64,000 nt of DNA from NCBI GenBank assembly GCA_963662335.2, contig CAXXVD010000004.1:32001-96000 (forward strand). The letters run 5' to 3'. Origin of the DNA: Chloroflexota bacterium. GTDB lineage: Bacteria; Chloroflexota; UBA11872; VXOZ01. Below are positions 45,526 through 54,940 of the stretch, piece by piece. The notes under the pieces are model-generated. The model was not told the origin of the DNA. It did no database searches and worked only from the letters and a program-made list of their open reading frames with translations. A program made the translations under genes and the position numbers. Positions within the stretch are counted from its first letter, which is position 1, and each line of letters starts with the position of its first letter.

Positions 45526-46839
45526 ATGTCGGCTGATACGTCCCGCCGGGTGCCGCTTCTCTACCTTGCCCAACTCAGCATCTATTGGCTTGGCCTCAAC
45601 ATCGTGTGGGGCGGCATGAACCTCATCTACCTGCCCGACCGGGTGGAGATGCAGGTCGGCACGGAGATGAAGGGCACCTACCTGGGCATCATGCTCGCCG
45701 TCGGCCTGGTGGTGGCCATCATCGTGCAGCCGGTCATGGGCGCGGTGAGCGATCGCTCCACGTTGCGCTGGGGCCGGCGCCGTCCCTTCATGCTCGTCGG
45801 CTCGCTCATTGCCGCCCTCTTCATCCTGCTGATCGCGGCGGACGCCTCGTATGCGTGGCTCTTCGCCATGATCATCGTGATTCAGATTGCCGCTAACAGC
45901 GCCCTTGGACCCTACCAGGGGATCATGCCCGACCGCGTGCCCAGAGTGCAGTGGGGCCGGGCGTCGGGCTTCCTCGGCATGGCCAAGAACATCGGCTTTC
46001 TCGTCGGCGCGCTGGTGGCCGGCGTGTTTCTCGATCGCGCGGTGCCGGACTACTATCTCTACGCCGCGGCCGGCGTGTTCGTCGCGGTGGCGCTCATTTC
46101 CGCCCTGACAATTCACGAAGATCCGCTGCAAGAGAAACCCGAATTCGCCGGCGTCGTGAAGGAACTCCGCACCCGCCTGGCCGAATTGCGCACCAGGCCG
46201 GGGTTCACCTGGGTGCTCTTTTCCCGCCTCTTCTTCTTTATGGGGCTGCTTGCCGGCGACCAGATCTTGCTCTTCCTCGTGCGCGAACGGCTGGGTATCA
46301 TCGACAACCCCGGCGCCGCCGTTACCGTGGCGCTCGGCGTCTTCATCGTCGTATCCAGTATCGTCACGCTGCCGGCCGGCTGGATTTCGGACCGCACCGA
46401 CCGGCGCCAGTTGATATTCGTATCCTGCGGCATCGGCGTGGTGGGTTCGCTGATCTTGATCTTTACGACCAACTATCCCATGCTGCTGGTAAGCTTTGCC
46501 GTGCTGGGCGCCGCCGTGGGCATCTTCGTTACCGCCGATTGGGCCTTGGCGCTGGAACTCATTCCCGATCCGCGCGCGCCCGGCCTCTACATGGGCCTCA
46601 CCAATCTCGCCACGGCCGGCGGCGACGCGCTGGGCAGCCTATCGGCGGGCATCGTGCTCGACACGTTCAACCGCGTGGAGCCGCTGATGGGCTATCCCGC
46701 AGTCTTCGTGATGATGGCGATTTTCTTCGCGCTGAGCGCGGTCATCATGCTGAAGGTGCCGAAAGTCTACAGCGAGGAAACGGCCGCCGAAGGCAATGCC
46801 AGCGAGGACACGCGCTTGCCGGCGGAGTCCGAAGCGTAG
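45526..46839 (+). CDS. MFS transporter
   Basis: GAVSDR...WGRRRPF and GWISDRTDRR motifs; about 12 TM segments; GAGGAG RBS. Confidence 0.92.
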   Translation: MSADTSRRVPLLYLAQLSIYWLGLNIVWGGMNLIYLPDRVEMQVGTEMKGTYLGIMLAVGLVVAIIVQPVMGAVSDRSTLRWGRRRPFMLVGSLIAALFILLIAADASYAWLFAMIIVIQIAANSALGPYQGIMPDRVPRVQWGRASGFLGMAKNIGFLVGALVAGVFLDRAVPDYYLYAAAGVFVAVALISALTIHEDPLQEKPEFAGVVKELRTRLAELRTRPGFTWVLFSRLFFFMGLLAGDQILLFLVRERLGIIDNPGAAVTVALGVFIVVSSIVTLPAGWISDRTDRRQLIFVSCGIGVVGSLILIFTTNYPMLLVSFAVLGAAVGIFVTADWALALELIPDPRAPGLYMGLTNLATAGGDALGSLSAGIVLDTFNRVEPLMGYPAVFVMMAIFFALSAVIMLKVPKVYSEETAAEGNASEDTRLPAESEA

Positions 46840-47176
46840 CGCGGGGGCTTGTCCTCCGCCTCTTGGCGCGTAAGCGGTAGCGCGGGGGCTTGTCCCCCGC
46901 CTGGATCGGGGTGCGGCTTTGCGGAAAGTGCTCCGGCTGTGGCGCAGGTGGGGTCTGTGACAATGGTGAAGCCGGTATCCGTCCATCCTTCGACAGGCTC
47001 AGGACGAACGGAAACCGGCTTCTCTTCCGTAGCGCGGGGGCTTGTCCCCCGCCTCTTGGCGCGTAAGCGGTAGCGCGGGGGCTTGTCCCCCACAGTCTTG
47101 CTTTGCCGTAGGCCGGGCCTATCCCCTCTATCAGTCTGTCAATAGGCGTAGGGGCACGACATGTCGTGCCCCTACG
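46836..47176. repeat. REP cluster (4x family A as a duplicated tandem pair, plus D and C)
   Basis: GTAGCGCGGGGGCTTGTCC at 46836, 46877, 47029 and 47070; CCTTCGACAGGCTCAGGACGAACGG; palindrome GTAGGGGCACGACATGTCGTGCCCCTAC at 47148-47175. Confidence 0.9.
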
Positions 47177-47293
47177 TCGTCGTGCGCAAATTCTAGAGAC
47201 TCTTTGCAAGGCGTGGATGCCACTGCCTGCGATCCAGCCGCGCCTGGGGAAGGGCGACTATTCTACTTTGGTGGCGGTTGTGCGGAAGACTGG

Positions 47294-48649
47294 CTAGGCG
47301 AGGGCTTTGCCCTTTTGGGCCACCAGCATCTCTTGCAGCGTGCGCCGGTCCACGTGTTCGTCCGGTTCCGCACCGTCCATGGGGCAGACGCCGGCCGGGC
47401 ACTCCTTGCCGAGGACGTGGGCCTCGTATTCCTTGGGGAAGTTGCGCACGGTGCTGACTACGGGCCACGGCGCGAACTGGCCGAGACCGCAGAACGACGC
47501 GCCCATCATGTCCTGGGAAGCGTGTTCGATGAGGTCCATGGTGTCGGGCGCGGCCACGCCGCGGCGCACCCGCTCGAGCAGCATCCGCAGCACGCGCGTG
47601 CCGTCGCGGCAGGGGAAGCAGAAGCCGCACGACTCCTCTTCGAAGAAGCCGGCGTCCCGCAGCGCCGCGTCCACCACGCAGGTGCGGTCGTCCATCACCA
47701 CCACGCCCGCCGTGCCGAGAATCGTGCCGGCGGCCATCACGGGCTTGAAATCGAGCACCAGGTCGAGCATGTCGGCCGGCAGAATGGCGCTGGAAGCGCC
47801 GCCGGGTTTCCAGGCTTTGAGTTCTCGTCCCTGCCAGACGCCGCCGGCGTGGTCGAAGATCAGCTCCCGCGCGGTCGTGCCCATGGGCAGTTCGTACGCG
47901 CCGGGGCGCTCCACGTGGCCGGAGACGCAGTAGATGTTGAGACCGGCCCCCTCGTTGACACCGAGATTCTTCCACCACTCGCCGCCATTGAGGACGATAT
48001 CGGGTAGATTGGAAAGCGTTTCCACGTTGTTGATGAGGGTCGGTTTGCCGAAGAGGCCTTCGTTGGCCGGAAACGGCGGCCGCGCGCGGGGATAGCCGCG
48101 CTTGCCTTCCAGCGAGTTCATGATGGCGGTCTCTTCGCCGCAAATGTACGCCCCGGCGCCGCGCCGCAGGTAGAGTTCTACGGAAAAGCCCGTGCCCATC
48201 ACGTTCTGCCCCAGGAAGCCGCGCGCGTAGGCCTGCTCGATGGCGCGCTTGACACGCTCGTGCGCCAGGAAGTACTCGCCGCGAATGTAGATGAAGATAA
48301 TCGAGCAGCCGGTGGCGTACGCCGCCAGCGCGCAGCCTTCCACCAGCAGATGCGGGTCTTCCTCGCCGATGATGCGGTTGGAGAAGGTGCCCGGTTCGCT
48401 TTCGTCGAAATTGCACAGCACGTACTTCGGTTCGCCCTTAGCCCCTACGAGGAAGTTCCACTTCATCGCCGTGGGGAAACCGGCGCCGCCGCGGCCGCCC
48501 ATCTCCGACGCGCGCACCTCGTCGTGCACGGCCTCGGGCGTCATTTCGGTCAGCGCCTTGCGCAGCGCGTCATAGCCGCCGTGGGCCATGAACGTCTCGA
48601 TGTCGTGCGAATCCTCGTTATGGATGCGCCGCAGACAGACCTGCTCCAT
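47294..48649 (-). CDS. nuoF: NADH dehydrogenase subunit F-like flavoprotein
   Basis: GRGGAGFPTAMKW, DESEPGT, GAGAYICGEETA, PTLINNVET and ESCGFCFPCR..SFC motifs. Confidence 0.9.
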   Translation of the reverse strand: MEQVCLRRIHNEDSHDIETFMAHGGYDALRKALTEMTPEAVHDEVRASEMGGRGGAGFPTAMKWNFLVGAKGEPKYVLCNFDESEPGTFSNRIIGEEDPHLLVEGCALAAYATGCSIIFIYIRGEYFLAHERVKRAIEQAYARGFLGQNVMGTGFSVELYLRRGAGAYICGEETAIMNSLEGKRGYPRARPPFPANEGLFGKPTLINNVETLSNLPDIVLNGGEWWKNLGVNEGAGLNIYCVSGHVERPGAYELPMGTTARELIFDHAGGVWQGRELKAWKPGGASSAILPADMLDLVLDFKPVMAAGTILGTAGVVVMDDRTCVVDAALRDAGFFEEESCGFCFPCRDGTRVLRMLLERVRRGVAAPDTMDLIEHASQDMMGASFCGLGQFAPWPVVSTVRNFPKEYEAHVLGKECPAGVCPMDGAEPDEHVDRRTLQEMLVAQKGKALA

Positions 48650-48698
48650 GCCGTTCGCTGCCTTTCGTTCCCTGTGGCCGCCGGGCTACGGTTGCCTT

Positions 48699-49178
48699 CT
48701 ACTCGCCGTCACTGCTCGCGTCTACCTGTGCCTGCACCTTTGCCAGCGCCTCCGAGGGTGAGACGAGCCCTACGGCCTCCTCGTTGACCAAGAGCGCCGG
48801 CGCTTGCTCGCAGAGACCCAAGCACATCACTTCTTCCACTTCGAACGTATCCGGCCGCGCCGCCTCTTCCAACTCGTGCAAGATTTCCTGCGCGCCGCGC
48901 AAGTGGCACGAGAGGTTGACGCACACGCGGGCAATCACCGGCGGCTTGGGTTCGAAGAAGAACATCGTGTAGAACGTCGCCACGCCGTAGAGTTGGGCCT
49001 TGGTGATTCCCAGCGCGTCCGCCGCCATGCCCACCGCCCGGGGTTCCAGGTACCCAAAGTGGCGCTGCACGGCGTGGAGCATGTCCAGGGTGGTGCCCGG
49101 CTCGCGGGCGCACGCCTCGATGTCGCGCGCCAGCGCCGCGTACGCGGCTGCCGCTACTTCTGCCGGTTGCGTGGCCAA
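48699..49178 (-). CDS. nuoE: NADH dehydrogenase subunit E-like 2Fe-2S protein
   Basis: LHAVQRHFGYL, GVATFYTMF, CVNLSC and CLGLCEQAP motifs; TTG start. Confidence 0.88.
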   Translation of the reverse strand: MATQPAEVAAAAYAALARDIEACAREPGTTLDMLHAVQRHFGYLEPRAVGMAADALGITKAQLYGVATFYTMFFFEPKPPVIARVCVNLSCHLRGAQEILHELEEAARPDTFEVEEVMCLGLCEQAPALLVNEEAVGLVSPSEALAKVQAQVDASSDGE

Positions 49179-49213
49179 GGCCGTTCCTCCACTGTGCCGT
49201 CCGTCACGGCTCG

Positions 49214-50251
49214 CTACGTGTCCGGATTGTCCCGCTTGGTAAAGATGTCCATGTCGCTGCTGTGGCCTGGGGCCAGCCGCGCGTCGGGGTTAATATACCG
49301 CACCGCTTGATTCACTGCCATTGCCGCTTCGGACGCGCCGCACGCAATCAGGTTGATCTTGCCTTCGTAGGCGGCAATGTCGCCGGCGGCATAGACGCCG
49401 GGCCGGCTGGTCGCCATGGTGGATGGGTCGACCGTGATGCCCTTCTTGCCGGCCAGTTCCACGCCCCACTTGCGTATCACGGTCGTATCCATCAAGAAGC
49501 CGATGCAAATCAGAATTATGTCCACTTCTATATCGAACGTCTCTTGCGATTGCAGGTTTATAATCGTGGCCCCGGTGAGTTTCCCGTCGGTGACGTGCAG
49601 TTCATTGGCTTCATGGCGGGGAAAGTGCACGTCTACCTCTGACATGATGAGTTGGCGCACGGTAGCCGCGTGGGCCTGCCACACCGGCAGTCGGTGTATG
49701 AGCGTCACCATTTCACACTCTTTTTCCAGCGCCAGCGCCCAGTCCAGCGCCGAATCGCCGCCGCCGATGACCAACACGCGCTTGCCGCGAAACAGATCCA
49801 TGTTCTTGACGGTATAGAAGATCTGCTTGTCCTCCAGCGGCTCGACGCCGGACAGCCTGAGTTTGCGGGGCGCAAACGCGCCGTTGCCGTTGGCAATGAG
49901 CACGGCCCTGCTCTTGAACTCTTCACCGCTCTGCGCGTGGAGCACGTAGTGGTCGTCCCGCTCTTCGAATTCGAGAATCTTCTGCGAGAGGTGTATCGGA
50001 TACTGCCACTGGTCGGCCTGTTCGTACATGACGGCCACCAGGTCTTTCGCCAGAATAGCGGGAAATCCGGCCATGTCGTAGACGAACTTCTCCGCGTAGA
50101 GCGCGGAGAGGGCGCCCCCCAGTTCGTCCATCGCTTCCACGAGTTGCGTATCCAGGCCGCGGACGCCGGCATAGAAAAGCCCGAACAGACCAGTCGGCCC
50201 GCCGCCAATGATCGTCAGGTCTTTTACGCCATTCTTGTTCGCTTCACCCAT
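49214..50251 (-). CDS. Thioredoxin-reductase-type ferredoxin--NADP(+) reductase (YumC-like)
   Basis: IIGGGPTG, LYAEKFVYDMAGFP, GGGDSALDWA and PGHSS motifs; no CxxC; AAGGAG RBS. Confidence 0.9.
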   Translation of the reverse strand: MGEANKNGVKDLTIIGGGPTGLFGLFYAGVRGLDTQLVEAMDELGGALSALYAEKFVYDMAGFPAILAKDLVAVMYEQADQWQYPIHLSQKILEFEERDDHYVLHAQSGEEFKSRAVLIANGNGAFAPRKLRLSGVEPLEDKQIFYTVKNMDLFRGKRVLVIGGGDSALDWALALEKECEMVTLIHRLPVWQAHAATVRQLIMSEVDVHFPRHEANELHVTDGKLTGATIINLQSQETFDIEVDIILICIGFLMDTTVIRKWGVELAGKKGITVDPSTMATSRPGVYAAGDIAAYEGKINLIACGASEAAMAVNQAVRYINPDARLAPGHSSDMDIFTKRDNPDT

Positions 50252-50330
50252 TTCATAAGACTCCTTCCTGCAATCCCCCTCGTCTTCGGTACGCGCCGGC
50301 CCGCGATAGCCCTCGTGTGTTCGCAGGCGC

Positions 50331-51710
50331 TCACGCCTTCGCGTCCCCGTCCGGCTTCGCTTCCGCGTTTCCGTTTGTCTCTGCCGCGCGATAGGCCGCC
50401 TCGAGCAGTTCCATGGTGTGAATTGACCGGGTGGCGACCCCGCCCGCGGCGAGGGCGTTGTCCATCTGCAACATGCAGCCCGGATTGCCGACAACCACGT
50501 AATCGGCGCTGGTGGCGCGGATGTTCTCGACTTTTGGCGCGACCACGCGCTGGGCCATTTCGGGCTCCACGATGTTGTAGACGCCCGCGCTGCCGCAACA
50601 GTGGTCCGAGTTCTTCATTTCCACGAATTCCAGTCCCGGGATTGCCCGCAGCAGGGCGCGCGGCTGGGCGCGCACGCGCTGTCCGTGCGCCAGGTGGCAG
50701 GCATCCTGGTACGTCACGCGCTCCGCAATTTGCCCAAATGAGGTGTCGACGTCGATTTCGGCCAGAAACTCGCTGATGTCCTTCACCTTGTGGGAGAAAT
50801 CGCGCGCGCGCTGGGCGTACGCCGGGTCGTGTTCCAGCAGGACGTCGTACTCCTTGAGCGCGGTGCCGCAGCCGGCGGCGTTGCTGATGATCACGTCCAG
50901 ATTATGCTGCTCGAAGGCATCGATGTTCCGGCGCGCCAGGTCTTTTGCCGTCTCGCGCGCGCCGGCGTGGACGCCCAGCGCGCCGCAACACCGCTGACTC
51001 TTGGGTATGACGACCTCGCAGCCGTTGCGGGTAAGCACGCTCACGGTGGCGCGATTCGTGCTGGCAAAGAAGTACGGCATGATGCAGCCGGTCACGAATC
51101 CCACCCGCCGCTTGGCCTCGCCGCGCGCGCGTACAACCTCCGCGTCCGGCGCGGCATAGAACGCCTCCGAGAGCGCGGGCAGGAACGACTCCGTCTCACC
51201 GAATTTGCCGAAGAACCTCAGAATGCCCTTCCGGCGCACGAACGACTGCACACCGGACGTCTGGTAGAAGCGGAGCACTCTTGCCATGAGTTTCAGCCGC
51301 GCGGGAAACGGAAACAGTTGCTTGAAGACCAGCCAGCGCAAGAAACGCGGCAGGGCGCTCCCGGGCTGCGACTGAATCGCTTCGCCCCGCGCCGCCTCGA
51401 TGATCTTGCCGTACTGGACGCCGGAAGGGCAGGCGGTCTCGCACGCCCGGCAGTCCAGACAGAGGAAGATATGCCGCAAGAACGTGTCATTGATAGTAAT
51501 GCGCTCTTCTTTGGCCGCCTTCACCAGGTAGATGCGGCCGCGCGGGCTCTCCATCTCAAGGCCGGTCTCGCGGTAGGTCGGGCACGCGTTGAGACAGAGG
51601 CCGCAGTGCACGCATTGCGCCAGGTCGTCGTCCGTCAGACCCTCGAAGCGTACGCGGCCGTTCTCATCCTCGGGAATGACCAGTCCGGGCTGGCCGACAT
51701 CGGTTTTCAC
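50331..51710 (-). CDS. glcF: Glycolate oxidase iron-sulfur subunit
   Basis: CVHCGLCLNACPTY, ESPRGRI, CLDCRACETACPSGV and two CCG domains. Confidence 0.9.
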   Translation of the reverse strand: MKTDVGQPGLVIPEDENGRVRFEGLTDDDLAQCVHCGLCLNACPTYRETGLEMESPRGRIYLVKAAKEERITINDTFLRHIFLCLDCRACETACPSGVQYGKIIEAARGEAIQSQPGSALPRFLRWLVFKQLFPFPARLKLMARVLRFYQTSGVQSFVRRKGILRFFGKFGETESFLPALSEAFYAAPDAEVVRARGEAKRRVGFVTGCIMPYFFASTNRATVSVLTRNGCEVVIPKSQRCCGALGVHAGARETAKDLARRNIDAFEQHNLDVIISNAAGCGTALKEYDVLLEHDPAYAQRARDFSHKVKDISEFLAEIDVDTSFGQIAERVTYQDACHLAHGQRVRAQPRALLRAIPGLEFVEMKNSDHCCGSAGVYNIVEPEMAQRVVAPKVENIRATSADYVVVGNPGCMLQMDNALAAGGVATRSIHTMELLEAAYRAAETNGNAEAKPDGDAKA

Positions 51711-51758
51711 GCTGGCTTTGCTCGCTCGACTTGGACTCGGTATTACCGCGGACTCCTG

Positions 51759-53096
51759 CTACATATCCCCGACGAAACGCCCGGGGTTGAGTATGTGGCC
51801 GGGGTCGTACGTCCGCTTGAGGTTGCGCATGACGGCCAATCCCTGCGGGTGCGGCCCCCAAACGTCTACGGCGGTCTTTAGCGACACAGAACCCCGCTGC
51901 ACTTCCAGGCTGCCGCCATGCTCCTGGCTGATCGTGCGCGCGCGTTGCAACAAGGGAACCAGTTGCGCCAACGGCGACTGCCGCGCATCCAACGCGCATT
52001 CATGCTCCGCCGGCGGCCAAACTCCGCAGCGGAGCGACCCACTGAGCGGATCGGCTACAACACCGACCGTGCCGTCGCTCGTCTCGGCGGAGCGCATGAG
52101 GTCCGCATAGACGTGGCGCAACTCCGATGGCACGGCGCTCGCCTTGAACAGAACCGGCGGCGCAGCGGCCTCCCACCCCAGGTCCACGCACTTCTGCCAC
52201 AACGCTCCGCCTGCGGCAAGATCGGCTTCACCTGCCGCAGCGCCCACTCCGGCGGCAGCGGCTGAGGCGGCCCGCACTTGCCGCGCCACGGCGCGTTGCG
52301 CCCCCATGAAGCGCGCCAGCAACACGTGGGAGCCCCGCGTCTCGCCCAGCACGCGCGCCTGCGCCGGTTCATTCAGGATTACCGCGGCGGCGGGATGGTG
52401 TGCGCGCACCGCGTAGGCCAGGTCAAACGCCGCACTGGCGTCCGCGCAAGCGAAGACCACGGTTTCGTCCGCTTTGGGCGCCGGAAAGACCTTGAACGTC
52501 ACCGTGGCAATGACGCCCAGCGTGCCCAGAGCGCCCACCTGGAGCTTGTGCAGGCCAAAGCCCGCCACGTTCTTGACCACCTCGCCGCCGCTCTTGACGA
52601 CCGTGCCGTCGCCCTGGACGAAGCGCATGCCCATTACCAGGTCCTTGCCCGTGCCGAACGCGTAGCGCAGCGGCCCGTGCGCGTTCGCCGCCAGCGCGCC
52701 GCCCACCGTTGCCTGCTGCGGGCGGGGAACCTCCAGCGGCAGCATCTGGCCGTGCTCGCGCAGCGCCTGCTGCAAAACCGCCAGGGTCACGCCCGCCTCG
52801 GCGGTTAGTATGAGGTCCGCCGGTTGGTACTCCGTGATCGCGTTGAGACCGGTGGTGCGGAGCGCCGCGTCGGCGGCAGACGGCGGCATGCCGAGCTCGA
52901 GCATAGTGCCGCCGCCAACGAGGATTGTGGGCGTCGCGGCCGCGGCCAGTTCCGCAACTGCGGCGGCCAACTCCTCCACCGAACGCGGCGTCACGGCAAA
53001 CGCGGGCCGCCTGCCGTCGACAGTAGGCGCGTCCGCACTGACCGCCTCGCGTGAGACGACCTGCGCGAGTTGGGTGTGGATAGTCTCAGTCAGCAA
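51759..53096 (-). CDS. glcE: Glycolate oxidase FAD-binding subunit
   Basis: EYQPADL, ATVGG, GGEVVKNVAGF, GALGTLG and KRTYDP.HILNPG motifs. Confidence 0.85.
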   Translation of the reverse strand: MLTETIHTQLAQVVSREAVSADAPTVDGRRPAFAVTPRSVEELAAAVAELAAAATPTILVGGGTMLELGMPPSAADAALRTTGLNAITEYQPADLILTAEAGVTLAVLQQALREHGQMLPLEVPRPQQATVGGALAANAHGPLRYAFGTGKDLVMGMRFVQGDGTVVKSGGEVVKNVAGFGLHKLQVGALGTLGVIATVTFKVFPAPKADETVVFACADASAAFDLAYAVRAHHPAAAVILNEPAQARVLGETRGSHVLLARFMGAQRAVARQVRAASAAAAGVGAAAGEADLAAGGALWQKCVDLGWEAAAPPVLFKASAVPSELRHVYADLMRSAETSDGTVGVVADPLSGSLRCGVWPPAEHECALDARQSPLAQLVPLLQRARTISQEHGGSLEVQRGSVSLKTAVDVWGPHPQGLAVMRNLKRTYDPGHILNPGRFVGDM

Positions 53097-53110
53097 GGGG
53101 TGCCTGCATC

Positions 53111-54580
53111 CTACTTCCAGACCGCGTCAGCGGTAGCGTGGCCCGCCTGCGACGCAATCGCCGGGGCCTTGCCAATGTGGATCTTGGCGGCATGAGGGCC
53201 TTCGCCGGTTGGAAAAACCTTGGTGGGATTGAAGAGCCAATCGGGGTCGAAGGCGCGCTTCAGCTTGCGCATGGCCTCCAAGTCTTCTTCACTGTAGAGC
53301 CAGCCCATGTACTCCTGCTTTTCCGTGCCGATGCCGTGTTCGCCGGAGAGCGAACCGCCGGCGTCGATGCAGGCGCGGATGATCTCCTCGCCCGCCGCGA
53401 TCACCCGCTGCACCTGTTCGCCGTCGCGCACGTCGAAGAGCAGATTGGGATGCAGGTTGCCGTCACCGGCGTGGAAGACGTTGGCGATGATGATGTCGTA
53501 CCGCTCCGCCACGTCCTCAACGAAGCGCATGATCTCCGGCAGTTTCGTGCGGGGCACGACGCAATCCTGGATGTAGTAGCTGGACGCCAGCCGGCCCAGC
53601 GCGCCGATCGCCCCTTTGCGGCCGGCCCAGACGGTCTCTCGTTCCTCAGCCGTCTGCGCCACCTTGATCGTGCGCGCGCCCGCCTGGCGGCACAGGTCCA
53701 GGATCGGCTCGCGCTGCTCGTCGAGTTCTTCCTGCATACCGTCGATCTCGATGATGAGCACGCCGCCGGCGTCCGGCGGGTAGCCGATGTGATAGGCTTC
53801 CTCGATCGCGCGCGTGACGACCTGGTCCATGATCTCCAGGGCGGCGGGTATGATGCCGTTGCCGATGATGGAGGAAACCGCCTCGCACGCGGCGGGCACG
53901 TCGTCGAAGATTGCCAGGTAGGTCTCGACCGCTTCCGGCAGCGGCAGGAGTTTGACGAGAATCTTGGTCACCACGCCCATGGTGCCCTCGGAGCCGATGA
54001 TTGCGCTCATCAGGTCGTAGCCGGGCGCGTCAGGCGCCTTGCCGCCGATCCAGGCCGTCTCACCGCCCGGAAAGACGACCTCCAAGCCCAGGACGTGATT
54101 GAGCGTACAGCCGTAGCGCAGGCAGTGCGCGCCGCCTGAGTTCTCGGCCACGTTGCCGCCCAGCGTGCAGGCCTTCTGGCTGGAAGGATCCGGCGCGTAG
54201 TAGAGGCCAAGGTGCGCCACTTCGTCGGAGAGTTCCAGGTTGACGACGCCCGGCTCTACCAGAGCCGTGCGGTTCTCCGCGTCGATCTCCAGAATTTCGC
54301 GCATCCGGCTGACGGAGAGCAGGATGCCGTTCTCTTCCGGCACCGCGCCGCCGGACAGTCCGGTGCCGGCGCCCTTGGGCACGACTGGGACTTTGAATTC
54401 ACTGGCAACCGCCAAAACCCCACTGACTTCCGCCGTGGTGCGCGGAAAGACGACGGCGGCGGGAAGTTGGGCGTCGATGGAGGCGTCGCGTTCGAATACG
54501 ATGAGGTCTTCCGGCAGATACACGACGTGCTCCGCCCCCACGATGGCTTGCAATCGTTCAACGAGTTCGCGCGTTTCCAT
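53111..54580 (-). CDS. glcD: Glycolate oxidase subunit D (FAD-linked oxidase)
   Basis: GAGTGLSGG, YAPDPSSQKAC, AENSGGAHCLRYG, GSEGT, HAGDGNLHP and GEHGIG motifs; start at 54580 or 54613. Confidence 0.9.
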   Translation of the reverse strand: METRELVERLQAIVGAEHVVYLPEDLIVFERDASIDAQLPAAVVFPRTTAEVSGVLAVASEFKVPVVPKGAGTGLSGGAVPEENGILLSVSRMREILEIDAENRTALVEPGVVNLELSDEVAHLGLYYAPDPSSQKACTLGGNVAENSGGAHCLRYGCTLNHVLGLEVVFPGGETAWIGGKAPDAPGYDLMSAIIGSEGTMGVVTKILVKLLPLPEAVETYLAIFDDVPAACEAVSSIIGNGIIPAALEIMDQVVTRAIEEAYHIGYPPDAGGVLIIEIDGMQEELDEQREPILDLCRQAGARTIKVAQTAEERETVWAGRKGAIGALGRLASSYYIQDCVVPRTKLPEIMRFVEDVAERYDIIIANVFHAGDGNLHPNLLFDVRDGEQVQRVIAAGEEIIRACIDAGGSLSGEHGIGTEKQEYMGWLYSEEDLEAMRKLKRAFDPDWLFNPTKVFPTGEGPHAAKIHIGKAPAIASQAGHATADAVWK

Positions 54581-54732
54581 GCCGTGCCGCCTACCCTCGA
54601 ATCGTGTCTTCATGCTTCCGCCAAGCTCATCACTGTGATGATACCATAGCCCAAATAGGCTCACAAAAGGGCACGAAAGCGGTCTGCCAAGATTTCGCTT
54701 GCTCTTGGCGGCTGGAGGCGGGGGGCAAGCCC

Positions 54733-54894
54733 TAATGCAGTCGCATTAAACATAACGACGGCAACACTCGCGTCCAAAATCCCCGGTAGCGCAGGTTTGT
54801 AACCTGCGAAGTTGCTAGGTCAACCCTTTTCGCGTCAGTTTCAATGGCTCCGGCGGGGGACAAGCCCCCGCGCTACTTGTGTGCGACACCTTTG
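54733..54894. mobile_element. Putative IS4-like MITE, copy 3, inserted in a REP-A and carrying REP-B plus REP-A
   Basis: TIRs TAATGCAGTCGCATTAA / TGTGTGCGACACCTTTG; 11-bp near-duplication GGGGCAAGCCC / GGGACTAGCTC; interior homologous to copy 2. Confidence 0.65.
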
Positions 54895-54940
54895 GGGACT
54901 AGCTCCGGCGCTTCGGATATTCAGCAGGAGCGGCCTAACC

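Noticed and set aside
47294-48649. Electron-bifurcating HydB-type subunit
   Set aside because: It lacks the extra ferredoxin domains and has a complex I-like ESEPGTF motif.
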